Positions 51,486 to 62,106 of a stretch of DNA of 64,000 nt are shown in pieces; position 1 is the first letter of the stretch, and the number at the start of each line of letters is the position of its first letter. The stretch is taken from NCBI GenBank assembly GCA_964454025.1, contig CAYVRP010000002.1, positions 55,242 through 119,241 of the forward strand, given 5' to 3'. The notes beneath the pieces were generated by a model that did not search any database, was not told the origin of the DNA, and worked only from the letters and a program-made list of their open reading frames with translations. Origin of the DNA: an uncultured Polyangiaceae bacterium (lineage in GTDB: Bacteria; Myxococcota_A; Polyangia; Polyangiales; Polyangiaceae). A program made the translations under genes and the position numbers.

Positions 51486-52082
51486 TCAGTCCATCAGGGC
51501 GCCCCAGAGCTCCTCGTAGGTCCGGGTCCGGACGAAGGTGGGGAACTGCTGCGCCACGGCGTCGGGGCAGCGGAAGAGCACGCCGCGATCCGCCGCCGCC
51601 AGCATGGTCGTGTCGTTGTAGCTGTCGCCCGCCGAGTGAACCCGGTAGCCGAGCGTGCGCAAGACCTCCACCGCCCGCCGCTTGCTGTCGGGGATGCGCA
51701 GCCGGTAGCCCGAGACACGCCCGTCCGGCTCCACCACGAGCTCGTGGCAGAAGAGCGTCGGGTACGCGAGCTTGCGCATCAGCGGCGCCGCGAACTGGGC
51801 GAAGGTGTCGCTCAGGATGAGGACCTGGGTCGTCGCCCGCAGGCGGTCCAGGAACTCGAGCGCTCCCGGGAGCGGATCGATGGTCGCGATCACGCGCTGG
51901 ATGTCCGCCAGCTTGAACCCGTGCCGATCGAGGATCTGCAGGCGCCCCCGCATCAGGAGGTCGTAGTCGGGCTCGTCCCGCGTGGTCCGGCGGAGCTCGG
52001 GGATGCCGGTCGCCTCGGCGAAAGCGATCCAGACCTCCGGGACGAGGACGCCTTCGAGGTCGAGGGTGATGAGGAGCGGCAC
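51486..52082 (-). CDS. thrH: HAD-family phosphoserine phosphatase / homoserine phosphotransferase ThrH
   Basis: The protein is collinear with Pseudomonas ThrH as I remember it: [43 protein letters not shown]. Confidence 0.8.
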   Translation of the reverse strand: MPLLITLDLEGVLVPEVWIAFAEATGIPELRRTTRDEPDYDLLMRGRLQILDRHGFKLADIQRVIATIDPLPGALEFLDRLRATTQVLILSDTFAQFAAPLMRKLAYPTLFCHELVVEPDGRVSGYRLRIPDSKRRAVEVLRTLGYRVHSAGDSYNDTTMLAAADRGVLFRCPDAVAQQFPTFVRTRTYEELWGALMD

Positions 52083-52201
52083 GGATCGATGGCCTCCTGG
52101 GCGCGGCTGCGGCGCGCAGCATACCGAGCACGCGGCCGCCGTCGAGCGCTCCCGACCCGGGGCTTTACTGGCCGCGCGGCGGCGGCGGAGAATGGGCCGC
52201 G

Positions 52202-53479
52202 ATGCCCCGCCAGGGAGGCCCTCCCCCGTCCGTCCTGGTCGTGGGCGCCGGGGACCGTGGCACGGCCTACGCCCGCTACGTCCTCGAGCACCCCGGGCAG
52301 GGGCGCGTCGCGGCAGTAGCCGATCCGGACCCCCACGCCCGGAACCGCCTCGGGGACGCCGCCGGCCTGCCCCCGGCGCGGAGGTTCGCGGACTGGCGCG
52401 ACGCCCTCGACGGCCGGCGCGTGGCCGACGCGGTGCTGATCGCCACCCCGGACCGGGAGCACGCCGCCCCCGCGATCGCCTTCGCCGCGGCCGGGTGGGC
52501 CATACTGCTCGAGAAGCCGATGGCCCCCACCGCGCCCGAGTGCCGGGCGATCGTGGACGCGGTCGAGCGGGCCCAGGTGATCTTCGCGGTGGGCCACGTC
52601 CTGCGCTACACGCCCTACACGCGGCGCCTGCGCCGGCTCGTCGCCGACGGCGCCATCGGCGACCTCGTGGGCATCAACCACCTCGAGCCGGTCGGGTGGT
52701 GGCACTTCGCCCACTCCTACGTCCGGGGCAACTGGCGCCGAGCCGATCTCAGCAGCTCCGTCCTGCTGGCGAAGAGCTGCCATGACCTCGACTGGATCCG
52801 GTTCGTGCTCGGCGTCCCCTGCGAGCGCGTCGCGAGCTTCGGCGCGCGCGTCCACTTCCGGCCCGAGCGGCGCCCGCCGACGGCGGCGGACCGCTGCCTC
52901 GACTGCCCGCTCGAGCGCTCGTGCCCCTACTCGGCGGTCCGCCTCTACCGCGACCGCGCCCGCGCCGGTGATCTCGGCTGGCCGGTGTCCGTCCTCGGCC
53001 CCGATCGCACCCCCGAAGGCGTCGAGCGCGCGCTCGCGGATGGCCCCTACGGCCGCTGCGTCTACGCCTGCGACAACGACGTCCTCGACCAGCAGGTGGT
53101 GGCCCTCGAGCACCGCGGCGGGCGTTCGGCCACCTTCACCCTGAGCGCGTTCACGCCGTTCACCGGGCGCCGCTCGGTCCTGTTCGGCGACCGGGGCTGG
53201 ATCGTCGGCGACGGCGCCCGCCTGGAGCTCCACGACTTCGTCACCGACCGGCGCACCGTGGAGCGCGTACGCGCGGCGGGCGACCACGGCGGCGGCGACG
53301 CGGCCCTCATGCGCGCGTTCCTCGCCGCCGTGCGGACCGGTGATCCCGCGGGGCTCGCCTCGGGCGCCGCCGAGACGCTGGAGACGCACCTCACCGTGTT
53401 CGCGGCCGAGCAGGCCCGCGTCGAGGGGCGGGTCGTTCGCGTCGACGACTGGCTCGACGCGGCCGTGGACGGGCGCTAA
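52202..53479 (+). CDS. Gfo/Idh/MocA-family NAD(P)-dependent oxidoreductase
   Basis: The Rossmann start is [10 protein letters not shown], followed by [10 protein letters not shown] (EKP motif). The C-terminal domain is alpha/beta. Confidence 0.8.
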   Translation: MPRQGGPPPSVLVVGAGDRGTAYARYVLEHPGQGRVAAVADPDPHARNRLGDAAGLPPARRFADWRDALDGRRVADAVLIATPDREHAAPAIAFAAAGWAILLEKPMAPTAPECRAIVDAVERAQVIFAVGHVLRYTPYTRRLRRLVADGAIGDLVGINHLEPVGWWHFAHSYVRGNWRRADLSSSVLLAKSCHDLDWIRFVLGVPCERVASFGARVHFRPERRPPTAADRCLDCPLERSCPYSAVRLYRDRARAGDLGWPVSVLGPDRTPEGVERALADGPYGRCVYACDNDVLDQQVVALEHRGGRSATFTLSAFTPFTGRRSVLFGDRGWIVGDGARLELHDFVTDRRTVERVRAAGDHGGGDAALMRAFLAAVRTGDPAGLASGAAETLETHLTVFAAEQARVEGRVVRVDDWLDAAVDGR

Positions 53480-53512
53480 GCTCGTGCGAGCTTGGCCGTC
53501 AAGGCCGCCCGG

Positions 53513-55234
53513 ATGCCAGAGCTTTTCGGAAACACCCAGGGCCTGTCGCCCAGCGCCGCCCGCACGCTCGAGCGCATCTACCGTCGCCGGGTGCCGCTCG
53601 ATCAGATCGCGACGCTGGAGCTCATCCGCTCTCTGGCGGACGCCTCGCGTGAGACCAAGCGGCAGGTGGGGGCGCTCGTCCACCGCTCCGGCGCGGTCGA
53701 TTACGTCGTGGTCGGCGACGCCACCCGGCTGCTCCTGCCCGACATCGGGCGCCTGCGCGCGGCGCAGGGTCGGTTCCGCGCCCTGCGCCTCGTGCACACG
53801 CACCTGTTCGGCGAGCCGCTCACCCGCGACGACCTGGTCGACCTGACCCGCCTCCGCCTCGATCTGGTGGCGGCGATCATCCTGTCTCCGGAGGGGGACC
53901 CGCGCTCCCTGACCTGGGCCTACAACGTCCCCGGCCGCGAGGAGGCGGGCCGATCGCACGAGGTCGTGGGCCCCGTGCCCCACGGCCGCCCGCAGCCAAA
54001 CTTCGGCGAGCTCATCTCCTCCCTCGAGGCGGAGTTCGCGCGCCGCGCGCGCACCCGCGTCGCCACCGCCAAGGACGGCCGCGCCATCCTCGTCCACGTC
54101 GGCACCCAGCGCGGGGCCAGCGGCGCCCGCCGCGCCGAGGCCCGCCTCCTGGAGCTCGCCAGCCTGGCCCAGACCGCCGGGGTCGAGGTCGTCGACCGGG
54201 TCGTCCAGCTCCGCGACCACGTCGACCCCAAGCTGGTCGTGGGCAAGGGCAAGCTCGACGAGATCGTCCTTCGCGCCATCGACCTCGGCGCGGAGACGCT
54301 CATCTTCGATCGCGATCTGACGCCGGCGCAGGCGAGCGGGATCGCCGCGCAGACCGATCTCAAGGTGATCGACCGCTCGCAGCTCATCCTCGACATCTTC
54401 GCCCAGCGCGCCGAGTCGGCCGACGGGAAGCTCCAGGTCGAGCTCGCGCAGCTCAAGTACACCCTGCCCCGCCTGGGGGCCAAGGACGACGCCCTGAGCC
54501 GCCTCACCGGCGGGATCGGCGGCCGGGGCCCCGGCGAGACGACGCTCGAGATCGGGCGCCGGCGAGCCCGTGAGCGGCTCTCCCGCCTGGAGCGCGACCT
54601 CAGGACCCTGGCTCGCAAGCGCGCCGAGCGCCGCCGGCAGCGCGCGCGGGACTCGATCCCCGTGGTGGCCATCGTCGGCTACACCAACGCGGGCAAGAGC
54701 ACGCTCCTCAACACCCTGACGTCGGCCGGGGTGCTGGCCGAGGACCGGCTCTTCGCCACCCTGGACACGCGGGCGCGCCGGCTGCGGCTCGGGGGCGGCG
54801 CGGAGTGCATCCTCACCGACACCGTGGGCTTCATCCGCGACATGCCGCGGGATCTGTTCGCGGCCTTCCGCGCGACCTTCGAGGAGGCGGCGGACGCCGA
54901 TCTGCTGCTGGAGGTCGTCGACGCCGCGGACCCCGAGTTCGACGAGCACCTGCGCACGACGGCCGAGGTCCTCGAGCAGCTCGGCATCGATCAGCTACCG
55001 CGGCTGGTCGTCTACAACAAGATCGACCGGCTCCCGCTGGCGACCCGCATCGCCCTGGCGCGCGAGCCCGGCGCCGGCGCCATCTCCGCCCTCGATCGCG
55101 CGACCACCCCGGAGCTGGTTTCCCGCCTCGCGCTCGAGCTCGCCGCCGTCACGCGGCTCGAGCGCGCCCCGGGCGCGGTCGTCGATCCCCCGGGGAGTGG
55201 CGGAGCCGTCGGCGGCGCGCCCTCGCCGCCCTAG
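53513..55234 (+). CDS. hflX: Ribosome-associated GTPase HflX
   Basis: The HflX N-domain is [26 protein letters not shown]...[14 protein letters not shown]. The G1 motif is GYTNAGKST, followed by DTVGF and NKID. ATG 53513 is preferred over the TTG at 53492 used by the ORF track. Confidence 0.9.
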   Translation: MPELFGNTQGLSPSAARTLERIYRRRVPLDQIATLELIRSLADASRETKRQVGALVHRSGAVDYVVVGDATRLLLPDIGRLRAAQGRFRALRLVHTHLFGEPLTRDDLVDLTRLRLDLVAAIILSPEGDPRSLTWAYNVPGREEAGRSHEVVGPVPHGRPQPNFGELISSLEAEFARRARTRVATAKDGRAILVHVGTQRGASGARRAEARLLELASLAQTAGVEVVDRVVQLRDHVDPKLVVGKGKLDEIVLRAIDLGAETLIFDRDLTPAQASGIAAQTDLKVIDRSQLILDIFAQRAESADGKLQVELAQLKYTLPRLGAKDDALSRLTGGIGGRGPGETTLEIGRRRARERLSRLERDLRTLARKRAERRRQRARDSIPVVAIVGYTNAGKSTLLNTLTSAGVLAEDRLFATLDTRARRLRLGGGAECILTDTVGFIRDMPRDLFAAFRATFEEAADADLLLEVVDAADPEFDEHLRTTAEVLEQLGIDQLPRLVVYNKIDRLPLATRIALAREPGAGAISALDRATTPELVSRLALELAAVTRLERAPGAVVDPPGSGGAVGGAPSPP

Positions 55235-56280
55235 ACGCGCAGCACCGCGGCGCCCCAGTGGAGCCCCGCGCCGAGCGCGAGCACGCAGACGATCTGCCCG
55301 GAGCGCAGCCGCCCGTCCCGCCGCATCTCGTCCATCAGGATCGGGATGGTCGCGGTCGAGGTGTTGCCGTAGCGCGCGATGTTCGAGGGCACCTTCTCGG
55401 CGGGGACGCCGAGCCGCTCCCGGATGGAGTCGTTGATCCGATCGTTGGCCTGATGGGCGATGAACCAGTCCACCTGCTCGAGGGTCACCCCCGCGTCCGC
55501 ACAGGCCTTCCGGATCGACGTGGGGATCTTGGTCACCGCGTGCTTGAACACCTCCCGCCCCTCCATCAAGGGGAGGTGCTCCTCGCGCTGGATGGTGCCG
55601 GAGCTGATGTAGGGCCGGCGCCGGTACCCGGCCGGGATGTAGAGCTGTTCGAGGTACCGCCCGTCGGTGTGGACGTCGAGGCTCAGGAGGCCGGGACCGT
55701 CCTCGCACCGCTCGAGCAGCAGCGCCCCCGCGCCGTCCCCGAAGATGACGGCGTAGCCGCGGTGGCGGGTCGCTCGCTCGTAGTCCTCGGGGCTGGGCGC
55801 CGGCCCGTCCGGCTCGAGCGCGGCCCAGTCGTTCCAGGGCATGAACCCCGCCTGGGCCTCCGCCCCGACGATCAAGATCGTCCGCGCGACACCGCTCTTG
55901 ATGAGGCTGTCGGCGATCTGGAGACTGAAGACCGTGGCGGCGCACTGCGTCCGGAGATCGAGCGCCGGGACGCCGGGGCAGCCGAGCGCGGCCCCGAGCA
56001 ACGGCCCGGACCCCGGGAAGAAGTAGTCCGGGGTCATCGTGTTGAAGAGGATGTAATCAAGGTCCGACGCCACCCGCCCGGCATCCGCGAGCGCCAGCCT
56101 CGCCGCCTCGATGGCGAGGTCGGAGGCGCCCTGCCCCTCGGGGCAGAAATGCCGTTGCTCGATCCCCGTTCGCTGGCGAACCCACTCGTCGCTGGTGTCC
56201 ATCACCCGGGAGAGGTCGTGGTTCGTGTAGGGACGACCGGGCAAGTAGCGGCCCGAGCCTGTGATGCGAAAACCAGCCAT
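55231..56280 (-). CDS. Stand-alone 3-oxoacyl-ACP synthase III (FabH-like KAS III)
   Basis: The Cys-His-Asn triad contexts are LRTQCAATV, AHQANDRI and YGNTSTATIP. There is an insertion of about 25 aa (MPWNDWAALEPDGPAPSPEDYERATRH) relative to textbook FabH. No other fab genes are adjacent. Confidence 0.8.
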   Translation of the reverse strand: MAGFRITGSGRYLPGRPYTNHDLSRVMDTSDEWVRQRTGIEQRHFCPEGQGASDLAIEAARLALADAGRVASDLDYILFNTMTPDYFFPGSGPLLGAALGCPGVPALDLRTQCAATVFSLQIADSLIKSGVARTILIVGAEAQAGFMPWNDWAALEPDGPAPSPEDYERATRHRGYAVIFGDGAGALLLERCEDGPGLLSLDVHTDGRYLEQLYIPAGYRRRPYISSGTIQREEHLPLMEGREVFKHAVTKIPTSIRKACADAGVTLEQVDWFIAHQANDRINDSIRERLGVPAEKVPSNIARYGNTSTATIPILMDEMRRDGRLRSGQIVCVLALGAGLHWGAAVLRV

Positions 56281-56353
56281 GGCTGTCGGCGGAGGAAGGG
56301 CGGGACCGGCGGGACTGGTCAGGCACGACCGCGCCCTGCCGCACGAATTCCTG

Positions 56354-56367
56354 GTTGACTAGTCGAC
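56354..56367. promoter_or_regulatory. Near-perfect palindrome GTTGACTAGTCGAC upstream of the KAS III gene
   Basis: The two arms match at 6 of 7 positions. It sits in a locally lower-GC stretch 74 nt upstream of the KAS III start. It overlaps a weak TTGTGA-N18-TAGTCA promoter-like pattern on the minus strand. Confidence 0.25.
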
Positions 56368-56490
56368 GGGGGCAGGCCGTCACAAGTGGATTCGATTCGG
56401 CTCTCTAGCCGGAACAGCCTCCCGGCCCCGGACGCCCGGTCGGCCCGGCGCCCCGCGCCGCCGCTCCGGTCCGCGTCCCCGCCGCGGCCG

Positions 56491-58317
<1,827 letters not shown>

Positions 58318-58401
58318 CGGGCGCGGCGGCCTATCGCGATCGGGGGCGCCGTGCAAGCGGCGGCGCCCGCCCCGACGCACCCCCGCCGCGACGGGGCGGG
58401 C

Positions 58402-58953
58402 TCACCGGTTCAGCACGGGCGCGGACACCGTGTAGACGGCCACGGTGCCGCGACCGGCGTTGGCCACCGTGAGCGCCACCTCGCCCCCCGCGCCCAGCAG
58501 GTCGCCGGTCCCGAGCCCCCACCGCTCGTCCCCTGCCTCGACCTCGAGGATGCCGCGCTCGCAGGTGACGAACCGGCGGGTCCCCGGTCCGCCCGACGGC
58601 AGGCGCAGGCGTGCGCCGGGCTCGAGCTCGCTGCGGTCGAAGCTCAGCCCGGGCACGGGGTCCGGGATGAGATCCCTCACCACCACCCCGCCCCGGGCGC
58701 GCGCGGGCAGCGACGCGCGCGGGATCCGGCGCACCGGCGGCCCCGGGGCGACGATCAGCCCCTCGATGGGGCTGGCGAGGGCCGCGGCCACCTTGACCAG
58801 GACGTGCAACGTCGGGTTCGCCTCCCCGGACTCGATGTGAGCCAGGGTGGGGCGCGGGACGCCCGAGAGCTCCGCGAGGTCCCGCTGCGTGAGCCCGCGC
58901 GCCTCGCGCAGGCGTCGAACGTTGGCGGCCAGGTTCTGCGAGGCGGGGTCCAT
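58402..58953 (-). CDS. XRE-family HTH transcriptional regulator with a C-terminal cupin domain
   Basis: ATG at 58953. The HTH is LAANVRRLREARGLTQRDLAELSGVPRPTLAHIESGEANP. A beta-rich cupin-like C-terminus follows. Confidence 0.8.
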   Translation of the reverse strand: MDPASQNLAANVRRLREARGLTQRDLAELSGVPRPTLAHIESGEANPTLHVLVKVAAALASPIEGLIVAPGPPVRRIPRASLPARARGGVVVRDLIPDPVPGLSFDRSELEPGARLRLPSGGPGTRRFVTCERGILEVEAGDERWGLGTGDLLGAGGEVALTVANAGRGTVAVYTVSAPVLNR

Positions 58954-59059
58954 GGGCGGGGTGAGCGTAGGCGAGCCCCCTCCCGACCGGAAGCGCGGGC
59001 CAGCCACCCCCCGTGAGCGCCGCCCCGCAACCCACGGCCGCCGCGGACGACCCGGGGTC

Positions 59060-59422
59060 ATGCGCGCCCCTGCCGCGACGGCGATCGGGATGCTCACCCT
59101 GGCCACGGGGCTCGCCGCCTGCGGCGGGCCCCGCCTGGGGCACGCGGCGCGCGCCGCGCAGGAGGCTCGCTTCCCGGCGGCCCTGGCGGAGCTCGAGGCG
59201 CTCGAGGATCACCTCGACGAGCACCGTCCGCGCTGGCGCGCCCGCTACTGCCTGGAGCGCGGCCTCGCCCACCTCGCGGTGGGGGATCTGGCGGCGGCCG
59301 ACCGCTGGCTGCGGCGCGCCTGGGCGTGGGTCGACGAGCAGCCGGACCTGCTGACGCCCGCGGAGCGCGGCCGGCTCACCCTCGCCTGGCGCTCGACGGG
59401 ACGCATGCCCGGCGAGCGCTGA
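59060..59422 (+). CDS. Small helical lipoprotein (TPR-like), unknown function
   Basis: ATG at 59060. MRAPAATAIGMLTLATGLAAC is a lipobox. It is divergent from the XRE-cupin gene. Confidence 0.55.
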   Translation: MRAPAATAIGMLTLATGLAACGGPRLGHAARAAQEARFPAALAELEALEDHLDEHRPRWRARYCLERGLAHLAVGDLAAADRWLRRAWAWVDEQPDLLTPAERGRLTLAWRSTGRMPGER

Positions 59423-59465
59423 GCCGTCGCCCGGGCGTGAGGCAGCCCGCGACCGGCCAACGCGG

Positions 59466-59969
59466 TCAGTACTGGTTCACGATGCGATCGATGTGGATGG
59501 TCTCGTCCCAGGCCGCCTCGTAGCCCTCGTAGTGCACGAGGAACCGATCGGGCGCGATCACGTCGACGATGGTCGCGGGGTACGGCGATCCGCGCCAGAT
59601 CACCCGCACTCGGTCGCCGACCCGGAAGGGGGCGGCCGTCGCGGCGGAGCTGCTCGGCTGCGGCGGGATCCCCGCGGCGATGGCGACCTTCGCCGGCGGG
59701 GGCGGGGGCGCCACCGGCCCCTGCACGCGGCCGACGATGCGCTCGATCCCCACCTCCTCGTCCCAGCGCGACTCGTAGCCGTCGAAGTGGACGCGGAACC
59801 TTGTCCGGCTCCGCACCTCGATGACGTAGGCCGGGTACGCGGGGCCGCCCTCCTCCCACTGCACGAGCACGTACTCGCCCACCCGGTAGGGCCGCTGGCA
59901 CCCGGCCGTGAGCGCTCCGACGAGCAGGACCGCGCCGAGGACGAGCCGGTACGACGGCACGCGGACCAT
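59466..59969 (-). CDS. Lipoprotein with two tandem Tudor/Agenet-like small beta-barrel repeats
   Basis: ATG at 59969. LLVGALTAGC is a lipobox. Repeat 1 is YRVGEYVLVQWEEGGPAYPAYVIEVRSRTRFRVHFDGYESRWDEEVGIERIV. Repeat 2 is FRVGDRVRVIWRGSPYPATIVDVIAPDRFLVHYEGYEAAWDETIHIDRIV. A Pro-rich linker joins them. Confidence 0.65.
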   Translation of the reverse strand: MVRVPSYRLVLGAVLLVGALTAGCQRPYRVGEYVLVQWEEGGPAYPAYVIEVRSRTRFRVHFDGYESRWDEEVGIERIVGRVQGPVAPPPPPAKVAIAAGIPPQPSSSAATAAPFRVGDRVRVIWRGSPYPATIVDVIAPDRFLVHYEGYEAAWDETIHIDRIVNQY

Positions 59970-60157
59970 CCTAACGCGAGCCCCTCCCCGCGCCAGCTCC
60001 CGCGCGGCCCGGCGCGCTCGCCCGCGCGCGCAGCGCCCGCGCCCTGCGCCCCTTCCCCGCACCCCGCCGACCAGCCCCGCCCTCCCCCGGTCCCCGGCGT
60101 GCATCCGTCGCCGCGCCCTCCCCCGACACGCCGGGCCCGACCGGGGCGCGCTCCCGA

Positions 60158-61288
60158 TCACCCCTCGGTCTCGCCTCCCGCCGGCGGTCGCCGCGCCCCG
60201 CGCCGGTCACCCTCCGCCTCCGGCTCGCGGAGCGTGTAGCCCCCCGCGACCAGGGCCGCGTGATGGTCGGCGACCCAGGCGGCGCCGCGGCTCCGCGTCG
60301 TCCGGTAGGCGTGCTCCAGGATGCTCCGCCGCGCCGCGAAGCTGGCCGGGCTGTACATGAAGAGGATCCCGTCCATCGGATCCGGCTCGATGAGGAGGAC
60401 GGGCACGGAGCGGGTGATCCGCCGGCACGCCTCGCGTATCGCCTCGTGGATCCCCATCCGGAGCACCTGGTGCATGACCCAGATGGCGCCCTTGTCGCGC
60501 ACGCTCGTGCGGTGGCCGTGCCCGGTCGGCACCGTGGTGGCGCGGACGGGGACCATCGGGTTTATCACCACCAGCGCCTGCGCTCCCGTCGTGAGCGCCA
60601 CGTCCAGCAGGGCGACCTGGGCCGCGCCGGCGTCCACGTAGTGCCGGTCCCCGACGCGGACGGGCGAGAAGATGGGCGGCAACGCCATCGACGCGATGCA
60701 GGCCCGGCTCACCTGGACGTGCTGGTGCGGCTCAGCGCCGAAGACGGTGAGCGCCCCGGAGTCGAGCTCGTGGCTCACCACGCGCAGCGCGCGGGGCAGG
60801 GCCGAGAAGGTGTTGGGGACGCCCCGGCGCTCGAAGAAGGCGGCGAGGAACCGCTCGTAGGCGTCGAGCGAGAACACGCCCGCGGGGAGGGAGTCGTTGA
60901 ACCGGTCGAGCTCCTCCCACAGGACCGCGGGGCTCGGGGGGGCGCTCCGCAGCAGCATGGCGCGAGCTCCGCGACGCAAGGCGCTCCAGCCCGTCTCGAT
61001 GACGCGCCGCCACTCCTCCCAGTCGGTCCGGTACAGGTGGTGGCGCTCGAGCGGGAAGTAGTTGTCGGCCGGATCCAGGAACGCACGGTAGAGGCGCTGT
61101 ACCGGGCGCCCCCCGGCGAGCACCGCCGCGACGCTGGCGCCGCTCGACGCCCCGACGTAGGCATCCAGCGCGTTCGCGTCGAAGCCCTCGAGCGCGTCCT
61201 CGAGCGCCGCCAGGGCGCCGATCTGGTACATCGCGCCCGTGGCCCCGCCGCCCGGCAGGCACAGCGCCACCCGCGCCGGCGCGCTCAC
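60158..61288 (-). CDS. Patatin-like phospholipase
   Basis: LCLPGGGATGAMYQIGAL is the oxyanion GGG motif. GASSGA is the GxSxG nucleophile. The segment YVDAGAAQ carries a candidate catalytic Asp (DAG, resembling the patatin DGG motif). The GTG start overlaps the CPBP stop (GTGA at 61285-61288). Confidence 0.85.
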   Translation of the reverse strand: MSAPARVALCLPGGGATGAMYQIGALAALEDALEGFDANALDAYVGASSGASVAAVLAGGRPVQRLYRAFLDPADNYFPLERHHLYRTDWEEWRRVIETGWSALRRGARAMLLRSAPPSPAVLWEELDRFNDSLPAGVFSLDAYERFLAAFFERRGVPNTFSALPRALRVVSHELDSGALTVFGAEPHQHVQVSRACIASMALPPIFSPVRVGDRHYVDAGAAQVALLDVALTTGAQALVVINPMVPVRATTVPTGHGHRTSVRDKGAIWVMHQVLRMGIHEAIREACRRITRSVPVLLIEPDPMDGILFMYSPASFAARRSILEHAYRTTRSRGAAWVADHHAALVAGGYTLREPEAEGDRRGARRPPAGGETEG

Positions 61289-62106
61289 CGCGCGTCCTCC
61301 TCGCGGGCCTGTCGCGCGGCGAGGCTCCGGAGGCCGACCCAGCCCGAGAGCAGCAGGAGCCCCGCCACCCCCAGCGAGCCGAGCGCCACGGCGGCGGGCT
61401 CCGGCGCGAGCGGGCGCGTCGCCGTGGCCACGCCGGTAACGAGCGCGAGCACCATGATGGCGTTGAAGGTGACGTGGAGCGCGAGCGGGGGCAACAGCGA
61501 CCCGCTCACCGCGCGGAGCAGCCCCAGCGCGCCGCCGGCCAGAACCAACGTCGGCAGCTCCCTCCAGGCGAGGGCGTGCAGCGCGACGAAGGCGCCCACG
61601 CTGGCCGACGCCGCGGCGACGCGGCCGCCGCGCGGGGCGCCGAGCCCGAAGACGACCCCCCGCGTCCAGAGCTCCTCTGCCAGCGGGACCAGGCAGGCGA
61701 CGACGACGACCGTCCCCACCAGATCGGCCGGACCGCTCACCTCCAGCAGCAGGGCGCGCCGCGCCAGGGCGTCCGGAGGCGTCGGCGCCAGGCGCTCGCC
61801 GGCGCCGCGAAGCGCCGCGGCCGGCAGGTGCAGCCGCGCGCCGAGCAGGCGCCCGCGCGCGGGCAGCGCCGGGGCGGTGGGGCGGAGGCCAGCGAGGTCC
61901 GCGAGCCCTCGCTCGGGGGCGTGCGCGCGCAGCGCGAGGATGGACACCGCGAGCAGCGCGATGAGCTCCACCGCGCCCACCTGCACCGCGTCGTGGGCGG
62001 CCGCGGGGGTGATCGCGACCAGCAGCGTGAGCCCGAGCCCGAGCAGCGCGGCCGCCGCCAGCGACCAGAGCGCCGCGCCGCCGACGGAGAGCGGGACGCC
62101 GGTCAT
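61285..62106 (-). CDS. CPBP-family (CAAX/Abi-type) intramembrane glutamic metalloprotease
   Basis: ATG at 62106 overlaps the nadB stop (ATGA). There are about 7 hydrophobic helices. Motif 1 is EELWTRG (EExxxR). The downstream His motifs are FVALHA and LHVTFN. Confidence 0.75.
   Translation of the reverse strand: MTGVPLSVGGAALWSLAAAALLGLGLTLLVAITPAAAHDAVQVGAVELIALLAVSILALRAHAPERGLADLAGLRPTAPALPARGRLLGARLHLPAAALRGAGERLAPTPPDALARRALLLEVSGPADLVGTVVVVACLVPLAEELWTRGVVFGLGAPRGGRVAAASASVGAFVALHALAWRELPTLVLAGGALGLLRAVSGSLLPPLALHVTFNAIMVLALVTGVATATRPLAPEPAAVALGSLGVAGLLLLSGWVGLRSLAARQAREEDAR

Noticed and set aside
51953-54949. 998-aa minus-strand ORF spanning the oxidoreductase and hflX loci
   Set aside because: It is antisense to two recognisable genes (Gfo/Idh/MocA and HflX). 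Its composition is typical of non-coding high-GC frames.
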